In this document: positions 41,794 through 51,731 of the stretch, piece after piece
How the letters are laid out: every line of letters begins with the position of its first letter
Position numbering within the stretch: position 1 is the first letter of the stretch
NCBI RefSeq assembly: GCF_017888745.1
Contig: NZ_JAGHFM010000290.1
Location: 1 to 57,819, forward strand
Reading direction: 5' to 3'
Origin: Terrisporobacter sp.
GTDB taxonomy: Bacteria > Bacillota > Clostridia > Peptostreptococcales > Peptostreptococcaceae
Length of the DNA stretch: 57,819 nucleotides
Notes under the pieces: generated by a model
Databases searched by the model: none
Told to the model about the DNA's origin: nothing
The model's input: the letters and a program-made list of their open reading frames with translations, nothing else
Position numbers and translations under genes: made by a program

Positions 41794-42450
41794 ATGTTAA
41801 AAAGTAAAAATATGATAGTAATAAATAGTAATAATTTACAGCTGTTAGGGGAATATAAATTATATACTAGTAAAATGAATAATGAAACTTATGAGGTTGT
41901 AACATATGTAAAATTGATCGACAACAAAGGAGTTGTAGTTCATGAAACTGGTAATAATTTGCATATGAGGATTGAAAATATAAAATTAATAGAAAATGAA
42001 ATAGTTGTAGCACTTGAAAACAATTTCATGAATATGATAGATGACTTATGTTATAAATGTAATTTTAATTATTTCGCATTAAATATAAAACAATATGTTA
42101 ATAGGATAGAAGCAGAAAAGAAAAGTATTTATTTAAATGAAATAAATGAACAGAATAAAAAATTAAAAAAAGAATTATTTGAATTGGCGGAATTAAAAAA
42201 TATAATAGTTGTTGATATGCTAGATTCAATTGAAATATATGAAAAATTAGATGATAGAGTCAATCAAGGATTTATAAATCGTAGAACTTATTCTGATAGT
42301 AAAAAAGAATTAAAAGAATTGTGTAATGAGTTAGTAAAAAATGAATATATTAAATTAATAAATAAAATTAAAAATGATGACACTATTTATAATACATATA
42401 ATGAGATTGAAAATAATAATTATAAAGATGTAATTGAATTATTATCATAA
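41794..42450 (+). CDS. Early hypothetical protein
   Basis: RBS AAGGGG, about 30 nt downstream of the twister. Confidence 0.65.
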   Translation: MLKSKNMIVINSNNLQLLGEYKLYTSKMNNETYEVVTYVKLIDNKGVVVHETGNNLHMRIENIKLIENEIVVALENNFMNMIDDLCYKCNFNYFALNIKQYVNRIEAEKKSIYLNEINEQNKKLKKELFELAELKNIIVVDMLDSIEIYEKLDDRVNQGFINRRTYSDSKKELKELCNELVKNEYIKLINKIKNDDTIYNTYNEIENNNYKDVIELLS

Positions 42451-42466
42451 ATGATGGAGGAATAAC

Positions 42467-42973
42467 ATGTTTTATTTAAATGATTGTGGGAATTGGTGTA
42501 ATAAATTAGAAGATTTAAGAGGGAATATATCAGATAATACTTATGAGTTTATAGAGTATTTAATAAAAGATGCTGAAAATAAAGCAACAGATTCAGTTGT
42601 AAATATAGAAGAAGAAATGGAAGTATATGAAAAACAAGTACAAGATTATAGATATTTATTAGCAGATACAATTACTGGTATAAATGAACTTAAGAAACTT
42701 ATGGATCAAAAAAGATGGAATAAACAAAAGATGGTCGACACAGTTAATAGTGTTAAAAGCATGTTATTAACTGAAGATATAGATGAAACTAGAGAATTAA
42801 TAAAAAATACAGAATCTAATTTTAAATACATGTTATCTTTAGAGGATAAAATAAAAGATATGAATAAGGAAATTAAAAGATTAGAAAAGTGTAATAGTGA
42901 TTTAAGAAAACAAATACAATATAAAGATAGTTATGATCCTGAAAGCGATTATGACGATGAAATACCATTTTAA
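42467..42973 (+). CDS. Coiled-coil protein with SSB-like acidic tail
   Basis: RBS GGAGG; ends DSYDPESDYDDEIPF. Confidence 0.65.
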   Translation: MFYLNDCGNWCNKLEDLRGNISDNTYEFIEYLIKDAENKATDSVVNIEEEMEVYEKQVQDYRYLLADTITGINELKKLMDQKRWNKQKMVDTVNSVKSMLLTEDIDETRELIKNTESNFKYMLSLEDKIKDMNKEIKRLEKCNSDLRKQIQYKDSYDPESDYDDEIPF

Positions 42974-43207
42974 TATAAATGATGATAGAAGTTATTAAAG
43001 AATACAAAATTAATAACTTCTAAATGAATAAAAAGATGATAAATAATTAATAAAATGGGGGTTAAAAAATGGAAATAAAGAATATATTAAATATAACATT
43101 AGAACAGTGTTATGAATATTATGAAAAATATGGTATAGGATTCAACTTAAAAGATGGTAAAATAAAAGGTTTTTATAAAAATGTATAACAACATTTAAAG
43201 CAATAAA

Positions 43208-43750
43208 ATGATGATAGAAAATATTAAAAGGAACTTAGGAGGAATAAAAATGAAGGAAATATTTAAAACAAGAGTAATAAAAGTAATTATGATTGGATTA
43301 ATAACAATTGGTTGTGTGGCTTTAAATGATATTCAATTAATAGATAATGAAAGTAATAAAATTAACGAATATACAACAATAAAAGTCAATGAAATGAATC
43401 ATCAAGTTATATCACTTAAAGAGTTTAAAAATAATTTTAATAAATTTAGCGTGATTGATAGTAAAGTTTATAATGATTTTTATATTCTAACTTTAAACAA
43501 TAATGTAACAGTCTATTATAAAGTTAATGATGATATGTTCTATATAAATGATAGTGGAAATATAGAAGAATTTGAAGCAATAGAAGATACACAAAGATAT
43601 CTTAATGAATTATTAAAAGATAAATATAATGACTATAAAGAGTCCTTAATAAATGAATATGGTGAGGAAGGTTATTTATTGATGAATCAAGAGGCTGGAA
43701 TAAGTTCAGAGGAAGAAAGTTTAAATCATTATATAAAATATGGAATATAA
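43208..43750 (+). CDS. Membrane-anchored hypothetical protein
   Basis: Hydrophobic VIKVIMIGLITIGCVAL; likely start at the second RBS (AGGAGG). Confidence 0.6.
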   Translation: MMIENIKRNLGGIKMKEIFKTRVIKVIMIGLITIGCVALNDIQLIDNESNKINEYTTIKVNEMNHQVISLKEFKNNFNKFSVIDSKVYNDFYILTLNNNVTVYYKVNDDMFYINDSGNIEEFEAIEDTQRYLNELLKDKYNDYKESLINEYGEEGYLLMNQEAGISSEEESLNHYIKYGI

Positions 43751-43781
43751 AATTGATAAAAATGATGGTAAATTTAGTTAA

Positions 43782-44018
43782 TTGGAGGACGTAGAAATGG
43801 AAATTAATATAAGTAAAACAACTGTATTAGAATATAGAGAAATAAATGATAGTGAAAAAGAATTTGTAAATTGTAATGATATAAAATGTTTTCTTGTTGA
43901 CTGTGATGAATGTATATTCAATGATTGTAATTATACTATAGAAGAATTAAAAAATGATAATAGAATAAAAATGATGATGGAGGGCGTAAAAAATGAAAAA
44001 AATAAAAGTAGGAAGTAA
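43782..44018 (+). CDS. Small Cys-rich hypothetical protein
   Basis: C-x4-C-x4-C-x2-C pattern. Confidence 0.55.
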   Translation: MEDVEMEINISKTTVLEYREINDSEKEFVNCNDIKCFLVDCDECIFNDCNYTIEELKNDNRIKMMMEGVKNEKNKSRK

Positions 44019-44202
44019 AGTAATAATAGGAGATATAAAAAACATAGAAAGTAAAATGAGTTATAACAATGAAATGACATCATTAATTGGGAAAACTGCA
44101 AAAGTAGTTGAAATTTATAAAACGGCTTATAGCGATAAAGAATATTACAGAATAAATTTAGACATGGCTAAAAATATGTGGGTGGGAGAATGGTTTATAT
44201 AA
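43993..44202 (+). CDS. Small SH3-like hypothetical protein
   Basis: IKVGSKVII..GKTAKVVEI. Confidence 0.55.
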   Translation: MKKIKVGSKVIIGDIKNIESKMSYNNEMTSLIGKTAKVVEIYKTAYSDKEYYRINLDMAKNMWVGEWFI

Positions 44203-44670
44203 ATATATTAAATAGAATAAAACAATTATTATGTAAGCATGAATATAATTATAAATTTTTATGTACTCATACTTATAAAGATTATTATATTAAAGTATGT
44301 ACAAAATGTAATAAAAAAGAAATACAATAGAAATAATAAAGTAAATAAAAGTATAAATTTATGGTGTTTAAATGATGGTGAATAATGTTAAATAGGTTTG
44401 CAGTCATCCTTAAAACTGCATTTAAAACTATTTAATTAATAAATTCTTGTAATAAAGATTAATAAATAATTATATATTATAGTAATAGTATTTAGTTATT
44501 TATTAATCTTATAATTTATAAAATATTGAGGTTACATTTTTACACATAAAATGATGATAAAAAATGTTAATGTTTAATATTGAATGAATATAAAAGATGA
44601 TAAAAATTAACTAAATGATTGTAAAAGTAAAAATATGTTAAAATTATAATAAAAATTTAATTGTGGAGGT

Positions 44671-44928
44671 ATGGAAATGAATGAAGATCAAGTATTAGAT
44701 TTAACTGTTGAGTTATGTATGAAAGAAGTAAGTATAAATAAGTTAGAGAATAAAATCAAAAGACATATTGAAACATATATTAATATAAATCATGATATAG
44801 AAGAAGATAAGTTAATGTTTGTGGCTAAAATGTATAATGATTTATATGAGTTAAAAAATGAAAGAGAAAAGTTATTAACAAAAGTTGCTATAGGTTATGA
44901 TTGTATTATAAAAGATGATGAAAATTAA
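44671..44928 (+). CDS. Hypothetical protein
   Basis: RBS GGAGGT. Confidence 0.6.
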   Translation: MEMNEDQVLDLTVELCMKEVSINKLENKIKRHIETYININHDIEEDKLMFVAKMYNDLYELKNEREKLLTKVAIGYDCIIKDDEN

Positions 44929-44941
44929 GGAGGGTTAAAAG

Positions 44942-45181
44942 ATGAGAGAAATTATTAATAAAGAATTAGCAACATTGGATAAAAATATATGCAGATATGA
45001 AGGCAGATTAGAAGATGAATTAAAGCAATTTAGAAAAGATATGAGTAAATTAAATGTATATGATATACTTAATTTTACTGAGTCAAAGTTAAAAAGATTG
45101 AGAGATTATCACTATGAATTAGAAAAGTTAAAAGAACAAAAAGAATTATTAGAATATGTTTTGTTGAAAGAATCTGAATAA
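44942..45181 (+). CDS. Hypothetical coiled-coil protein
   Basis: RBS AAGGAGG. Confidence 0.6.
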   Translation: MREIINKELATLDKNICRYEGRLEDELKQFRKDMSKLNVYDILNFTESKLKRLRDYHYELEKLKEQKELLEYVLLKESE

Positions 45182-45241
45182 AAATAATCATCAGGTTTAA
45201 GAGATAACAAAATATCTTAATTAAGATATGAATAAAAATAA

Positions 45242-45451
45242 ATGATAATAAAATTAAATGGGGGTATTAAAATGCAAAAAACTTTAATAATAAACTGGTT
45301 TAATTTAGAAAGTTGTGAAAGAAAAGAAAAAGCTATAACTGTAGATAGAGATCTTGTCATAAATGAAAATCTATTGATTGATTTAATTAGTAATTTTTGT
45401 GGAATGGAAAAACACAATATAAAAATAGAAGGTCATTATTTTATAATCTAA
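45242..45451 (+). CDS. Small hypothetical protein
   Basis: GGGGG RBS before internal ATG (MQKTL). Confidence 0.5.
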   Translation: MIIKLNGGIKMQKTLIINWFNLESCERKEKAITVDRDLVINENLLIDLISNFCGMEKHNIKIEGHYFII

Positions 45452-45621
45452 ATAAATTTATAATTCATCATATAAATGATAGTAAAATTCTTTAAATGGG
45501 GGTATTAAGATGAATAAAAAATGTTAAGGTATGCTGCAGGGGTGTTTATGAAGATAATGTGAGGTGCTTGAAAGAATAATCAGATAAATAAAGTGTATAA
45601 TAAATATAGGGGTGATATCAA

Positions 45622-45756
45622 ATGGGGAAAAAGGAATTGATTGAAAGGTTAGAAAAAAGAATAAAAGAGAATGACGCAAGACTCAAAGAACTTGAAGCAA
45701 TTGTTAAAATGGAAGAAGAGAAAAATAAATTAAAAAAAGATATAAGCAAAAATTAA
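45622..45756 (+). CDS. 44 aa charged coiled-coil peptide
   Basis: RBS AGGGGTGA; MGKKELIERLEKRIKENDARLKELEAIVKMEEEKNKLKKDISKN; upstream TGTATAAT and downstream terminator. Confidence 0.6.
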   Translation: MGKKELIERLEKRIKENDARLKELEAIVKMEEEKNKLKKDISKN

Positions 45757-45783
45757 TATTAAAATATTTAAAAGAAAATTATT

Positions 45784-45810
45784 AGACTAAGATGTACTTA
45801 GTCTTTTTTT
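45784..45810 (+). terminator. Intrinsic terminator
   Basis: AGACTAAG-ATGTA-CTTAGTCT followed by a T run. Confidence 0.8.
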
Positions 45811-45986
45811 ACTATCAAAAATGATTATAATATATATATATTAAGAATATAAATGATGATGGAATTCTTTAAATTGATTATAAGATTTTCAATAGTATTA
45901 AAGGTATAAACTATCGATGAGTTATTTTGAATGTCCTTAAAATTGAAAATATGAGGTCAAAATTTATATGATATAATTAATATATA

Positions 45987-46661
45987 GTGTTTTATAAAAT
46001 GATGATAGAAAAGAAGGGGAAAATTTTGTGTAAATATGGAATGCTAAAAGTTTTAGATAAAAAATATGAGAACAAGAAATATTATTGGCTTTGTGAATGT
46101 GACTGTGGTAATATCAAGTGGATTAGAATGGATAGTGTAAAATCTGGAAGACAAAAATCCTGTGGATGTCTAAGAAAAGGTATTTTTGAATTTGAAGATT
46201 TATCTAACAAAAGATTCGATCACTTATATGTCACAGATAAATACAAAAAGGTTGGCATAACATATCATTGGTGGTGTAAGTGTGATTGTGGCAACGAAAA
46301 ATGGATATCAAGTAGAACAATTAAATCTTCACGTAGTTGTGGATGTTATAGGAGAAAGATGGCAGCAAGTCAACAGAAAAAGGCTGTTACGTCTTATCAA
46401 GATAAATATATAGTAGATGATACAAATATAGCTATAATTTCAAGAAAAAAATTAATGAAAACTAATAAAAGTGGTGTTACAGGTGTTTGTTGGGATAAAG
46501 CAAAAGGGAAATGGCTCGCACAGATAGAGTTTCAAAAGAAAGCATATAACTTGGGATTGTACGATAATAAAGAAGATGCTATAAAGGCCAGAAAAGAAGC
46601 AGAAGAAAAATTACATAAGAACTTTTTAAGAGAAAAAGGATTGTTGAAAGAAGATGAGTAA
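45987..46661 (+). CDS. AP2-domain DNA-binding protein with two Zn-binding repeats
   Basis: WxCxCDCG..SCGC twice; NKSGVTGVCW..KWLAQI..LGLYD..DAIKARKEAE; no HNH motif seen. Confidence 0.8.
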   Translation: MFYKMMIEKKGKILCKYGMLKVLDKKYENKKYYWLCECDCGNIKWIRMDSVKSGRQKSCGCLRKGIFEFEDLSNKRFDHLYVTDKYKKVGITYHWWCKCDCGNEKWISSRTIKSSRSCGCYRRKMAASQQKKAVTSYQDKYIVDDTNIAIISRKKLMKTNKSGVTGVCWDKAKGKWLAQIEFQKKAYNLGLYDNKEDAIKARKEAEEKLHKNFLREKGLLKEDE

Positions 46662-47082
46662 ATTATTGAAGGTATAAATGATTAAGGGTGTTTAATAAAT
46701 GCCCTTAGAATCGCTTTAAATAGGTCATATTAAATGATTCTGATAATACTTTTATACTTACCAAATAAAAATGCAATTTTATTGTCGAAAAATGTATAAA
46801 ATGAACGAATAAAAAATTAATAAAATTTTTAAAAATAGTTGATTTAATAAAAAGATGGTGTTATACTTTAAGTATAAATAAGAAGTTAAAGAAAAAGATT
46901 TATAAATAGAAAAACAATAAAAAGGTAGGTGATAAAAATGTGTAGGGTGAAAAGAAGTGAAAATTACTATTATTTATATCAAAATGATAAATTAATAAAA
47001 ACAGCATATTCTAAAAAGTATTTAATGATTCATGCTCGTGAGTGGGGAATTGATAATTATGTTATTAAAGAAGGTGAAAGAA

Positions 47083-47988
47083 ATGATAGAAAAGTATGTT
47101 AATGATTACGTCGAATATCAGGAAAGTGAAGGAATTTCATATGAAAGAACTATATCCAAATACTACTATTGTATAAATGAATTTATTTTAGCTATGAATA
47201 TAAAATCTATAGAAGATATAAAAAATTTAACTTATATAAATATAAGAAAAAATTGGATAAATAAAAAGAAGGAAACATTATCAGCTCAAAGTCTTAATTT
47301 AAGAATAACTGCCATAAGAAGTTTTTTTAATTATTTAATGGGAATGAGATTAATAGATGATAATGTGGCAGATAAAATAAAAAAATTTCCGATAAAGAAT
47401 AATAAAAATGAGGTAGACAAAGAAGAAATAAAAAAATTATTATTAACATCTACAAATGAATATAACAATAATCCTAATTATATTACTATGAGAAATAGAT
47501 TTTTATTACACCTATTAATTGAAACAGGATTAAGAAATGAAGAGGTAAGAAGTTTAAAAATAAATGATATAAATTGGAGTACAGGGGAATTTAAAGTAAT
47601 AGGTAAAGGTAATAAAGAAAGATATTTAGCAATATCTGATAGTTTAATGAAAATGTATCATGAATATTTGTCGTATAGAAATATTATGAACACAGATGAA
47701 GATCATTTATTTATATCTAGAACAGGTAGACACATGGACAAAAATTCAATAAGATATATAATTAATAAATTATGTGAGATAGCAGAAATAGATTGTCATA
47801 TAGTACCACATTATTTAAGACATTGTGCAGCAACATTAATGATAAATTCAGATATAAGTATTGAAGAAGTGTCTCAGATATTAGGACATTCAAATTCCAC
47901 TATAACAAGTAGAACATATTGTCATTCTGTAAAGCATAGAGCAAAAGAGATAGTAAATAAAAATAATTTCATTAAAGAGATTATATAA
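47083..47988 (+). CDS. Tyrosine recombinase (XerC/D-like)
   Basis: Intact R (TGLR), K (GKGNK), HxLR (PHYLRH), LGH and Y; start reassigned to ATG 47083. Confidence 0.9.
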   Translation: MIEKYVNDYVEYQESEGISYERTISKYYYCINEFILAMNIKSIEDIKNLTYINIRKNWINKKKETLSAQSLNLRITAIRSFFNYLMGMRLIDDNVADKIKKFPIKNNKNEVDKEEIKKLLLTSTNEYNNNPNYITMRNRFLLHLLIETGLRNEEVRSLKINDINWSTGEFKVIGKGNKERYLAISDSLMKMYHEYLSYRNIMNTDEDHLFISRTGRHMDKNSIRYIINKLCEIAEIDCHIVPHYLRHCAATLMINSDISIEEVSQILGHSNSTITSRTYCHSVKHRAKEIVNKNNFIKEII

Positions 47989-48170
47989 ACTGGAGAATGT
48001 CATATGAATATAAATATATTAAATAAAAATGATTTTACATCGAATGGATATTTGAAAAAAATAAAATTTATATATAAGAAATATAAAAAAGCAAAGCAAT
48101 TAATATTAAAGTTAAAAATCTTATGTTATAATAATATAAATGAAGGTATATATAAACGGAGGTATTACAC

Positions 48171-49058
48171 ATGAGTAAGGATTTTCAGATAAAGAAAGAG
48201 AGAATTAATAGAAAACTAGAAAGATATATGAAAATTGAAGATTTAGGATTTTATAATTTAAATAAAGAAAATTTAGAAAAATTTATAATAGAAGAGTTTC
48301 AATGTATAAATAGATCAAGTTTTTATCCAAATATAAAAGCATTAAATGAGATATTAGAAGATAATTGCATTGATATTCAAATAAAAAGTAAAGATTACGT
48401 TGACAAATGTGTTCAACCAAAAGATGAGAAATATTTTACTAGAAGAGAAATACAAGAAATTTGTGATATATTCATAAATTCTCAAGATCAATTTATAATT
48501 TATGCATTATGGAACGGAATTATGGGAAAAAATTATGAAGATTTATTAAGTATAAAAGTAAGTGATGTGGCGGATGATTATTCATATATTAATCTTCCAA
48601 ACGGTAAACGATTTATTTGTGATGACTTCATGCAAGAAATACTATTAGGAGTTGTTAATCATATGGAATACATGAAGTATCTTTCTGTTGAAGAAATGAG
48701 ATCAGCCGACACATTTGAATTTAATCCAGAGTGCGAATATTTAATTAAAACAATGAGAACAAAAAGAAATAATGATGGTTTAAATAAAATGCTTCCAACT
48801 ACTCTTCAAAGAAGATTAGATTTATTAGCTAAAATATATATGGAAGGAAATGGAGAGAAAATTGGATTTTCAGGTAAATCATTAGTAAAATCAGGCGTTA
48901 TGTATAATATGTTCTTAAAAGAAGATATAGAAGGGAAATCGTGGGGAGTTGAAGAAGTAAGTAACTATTTAAAAATGAATGGATATAAAATTAATGCAAA
49001 TGAACTATACAGAGTTTACCACAATGTTTATCATGGCAGCCATGTTAATCAATATTAG
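48171..49058 (+). CDS. MrpR/YopR-like repressor (catalytically dead integrase fold)
   Basis: YFTR.EI..I...NSQDQFIIYALWNGIMG..DLLSIKVSDV..SLVKSG: integrase-like fold lacking R and HxxR; follows a recombinase as in the SPbeta lysogeny module. Confidence 0.65.
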   Translation: MSKDFQIKKERINRKLERYMKIEDLGFYNLNKENLEKFIIEEFQCINRSSFYPNIKALNEILEDNCIDIQIKSKDYVDKCVQPKDEKYFTRREIQEICDIFINSQDQFIIYALWNGIMGKNYEDLLSIKVSDVADDYSYINLPNGKRFICDDFMQEILLGVVNHMEYMKYLSVEEMRSADTFEFNPECEYLIKTMRTKRNNDGLNKMLPTTLQRRLDLLAKIYMEGNGEKIGFSGKSLVKSGVMYNMFLKEDIEGKSWGVEEVSNYLKMNGYKINANELYRVYHNVYHGSHVNQY

Positions 49059-49330
49059 AGAGTTATAACTATAAGGTTGATTAGTAGCTTTATAGTTGTA
49101 ACTCACAAAATTATAAATGTAATCACATAATTAATTTATGTGACAAAAAACAAATAAAAAAGTAATAAAATAAAAATGGTTTTTAGAATAAATAGGGAAG
49201 TGTTATTGAAAACTTCAACAGGTTACAATAGACAGTATATAAATTTTAGACATAACATTTTTCTAGTCAATTTTATAATAAAATTTATATACCCTAAAGA
49301 AAAAATATGATATAATATAAACGAAGGGGG

Positions 49331-49657
49331 ATGAAACATATGTTCTATATAACAGAAGATACGTTCGGTAAAAAACTAACAGAAAAAAGTCAAATAAGAA
49401 GAAATATGGTGTGTAATTTAATTGAGGAAAATAAGCATAAGAAAATAATAAAAAAAATATTCAATACATATGATAAAGGGGAGTTTAAATATATACTTGA
49501 AAACGAATTATTCTATGAAAAGATTGCTGAAAAATTGCTAGTAAGACTATACGAAGGAATAAAAAATAATAAGATTACAATAGATGATTTTACAGATGTA
49601 TATATTAGAATTGGAAAAAAAGGTTTTTTTCAAACAGTACTTTTGCTTAAACTTTAA
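49331..49657 (+). CDS. Hypothetical protein
   Basis: RBS AAGGGGG, upstream TGATATAAT. Confidence 0.6.
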   Translation: MKHMFYITEDTFGKKLTEKSQIRRNMVCNLIEENKHKKIIKKIFNTYDKGEFKYILENELFYEKIAEKLLVRLYEGIKNNKITIDDFTDVYIRIGKKGFFQTVLLLKL

Positions 49658-49988
49658 GGGGAATTCGACAGATTGGGATGGACATTAGATTATACCCAAT
49701 CTAATTAGAAATAAATATAAAATTAATAAAAAAAGAGGATTTGGAAATGGAAAGGTATTTGATTGAAATTGATGGAATTCAGAATGTTTATGGGGTTCAA
49801 TTAGAAAGAAATAGTGAAGTTGATAAAAGAAGATAAAAGATATACAAGGAATGATTCAAAATAGATTTAATTGTGATTCAGTTAAAATAAGAAATATAAA
49901 ATTAATAAATTACACAAATATAAAAGATGATATGGAAGATGACATAAATGAAATATACAAAAGATTAAATTAAAATATAAAAGGGGAA

Positions 49989-50585
49989 ATGATGATGTGT
50001 AAATATTTAATTAGGATCAATATGAAATATGGAAATATGAATGTTAATGCTGGTGATGACTATAACAATGCCTTGGATATTTATAGAAATGTAAAAAAAG
50101 AGTATGAGAATATACCTTGTACTATAGAGTTATATAATAAAGAAAAAGAAGATATTCAATTTGTAAGAAAAAATAATGGGGTTACATTCGATGAATTATT
50201 AAATAATTTTAAAGGTGCATTAATAGAATTAGCAAGGTATCAAGTTAAATTATGTAAAGAGGAGAAACAGTATACTGAACTTAGAAATCAATTATATCAT
50301 GACTTAGAAAATACAGATTTATCAGAACTTGACGATTATGAACAAATCAAGGTTTTACATAATATGAAAAAAGAACTAAGTAAAAGAAGATTGATAGAAG
50401 AAGAGAATATTAAAAATTATGGATTCTATAATTGTTTTAAAACATGCTATAAAGCATTACAATCATATGAAGATGGAAAAGGAAATATAAAAAGGAGTAC
50501 TGGGAGATTTGGGGATGCTTATTATAAAGAGTCAATAAATGATAAAAAGGGAAGAGTGAAAAATTTACTAAATGATTTTAGATAG
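49989..50585 (+). CDS. Hypothetical coiled-coil protein
   Basis: RBS AAGGGG, 198 aa. Confidence 0.6.
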   Translation: MMMCKYLIRINMKYGNMNVNAGDDYNNALDIYRNVKKEYENIPCTIELYNKEKEDIQFVRKNNGVTFDELLNNFKGALIELARYQVKLCKEEKQYTELRNQLYHDLENTDLSELDDYEQIKVLHNMKKELSKRRLIEEENIKNYGFYNCFKTCYKALQSYEDGKGNIKRSTGRFGDAYYKESINDKKGRVKNLLNDFR

Positions 50586-50765
50586 GAGACAAATGATGAA
50601 AGTTAAATTAATATACAGCTATGATTATTCCGTGTTGGATCAATTTCATTTAAATATGACATTAGAAGATAGTATAAAACATTTAAAAGAAAAATATGTT
50701 GGTGAACATATATGTAAAGATGGAATATTACATTTTTATGTGACTCATAGGAAAAGAGGTTAAGA

Positions 50766-50948
50766 ATGAATATTATTAGAAGATTAAAAAATATTGAATG
50801 CAAGATAATTAATTATGGTGAAAATGAATTATTGTTAAAGGTTATAAATAGTAAGACTAAAAGAATTGCAGAAAGTGTTTTGTTTAAATCTCCAAATGAT
50901 GAGGATATAGATATAGAATTAAATAGATTGATTATAAAAACTATGTAA
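50766..50948 (+). CDS. Small hypothetical protein
   Basis: RBS AGAGGT. Confidence 0.5.
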   Translation: MNIIRRLKNIECKIINYGENELLLKVINSKTKRIAESVLFKSPNDEDIDIELNRLIIKTM

Positions 50949-51004
50949 TAAAAAATATGTTTTATGATATATAAAATTAATAAAATGAATAGGGAGGGGA
51001 ACAA

Positions 51005-51486
51005 ATGATAAATAAAAGCTTATTTACGAGTGATAATCAAAAATGGGAAACACCTATAGAATTATTTGATAAATTAAATGAGGTATTTGACTTTAAATAT
51101 GATCTAGCAGCGGAGGATATAACTGCAAAGTGTAAAAATTATTATACTCCTGAAGATGATGCATTTAATTATACATGGGATCAAACCAGTTATTTAAATC
51201 CTCCATACGGAAGAGAACAAATAAAATGGATAGAAAGAGCTTATGAACAAAGCAAAAAAATGGCAATACAATAGTTTGTTTAATTCCAGCAAGACCAGAC
51301 ACTAAGATTTGGCATAATGTTATATTTAACTATGCAAAATCAATATGTTTCATTAAAGGAAGGTTAAAATTTGGAGGAAGTAAAGATTCTGCACCTTTTC
51401 CAAGTGCTTTAGTTATATTTTCTAATAATTTAACGAATGAACAAATAGAGTTATTAGATTCATTGGGTAAAAATTTTGTAATGTAA
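51005..51486 (+). pseudogene. Phage Dam-type N6-adenine DNA methyltransferase, frameshifted at an A7 run (51254-51260)
   Basis: WETP..DLAA..LNPPYG in the first frame; GNTIVCLIPARPDT..FIKGRLKFGG..APFPSALVIF continues in the shifted frame to TAA 51486. Confidence 0.85.
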
Positions 51487-51518
51487 TAAAAGTAACTTTT
51501 TATTTGGGTGGTGATTAA

Positions 51519-51731
51519 ATGCAAATAGGAGATTATCTCATAGGATTTAAAAGGATTAAGTCTGCATTCTTTTTAAATATATTCTATGAATGGTGTAATA
51601 TAGTAAAAGTCTATGTATTGCAATTTAGTTTTAAAGATATGTGGTTAAAACCTCAATGTAGGTTTGTAGATGGATTTAAGTTGTATGGATGGTTATTTAT
51701 ATATTTTGGTTATTGTATGGAGGAGATTTAA
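51519..51731 (+). CDS. Small aromatic-rich hypothetical protein
   Basis: RBS GGTGGTGA. Confidence 0.5.
   Translation: MQIGDYLIGFKRIKSAFFLNIFYEWCNIVKVYVLQFSFKDMWLKPQCRFVDGFKLYGWLFIYFGYCMEEI

Noticed and set aside
47032..47988. attP site next to the recombinase
   Set aside because: No core or arm sites recognisable without the host sequence
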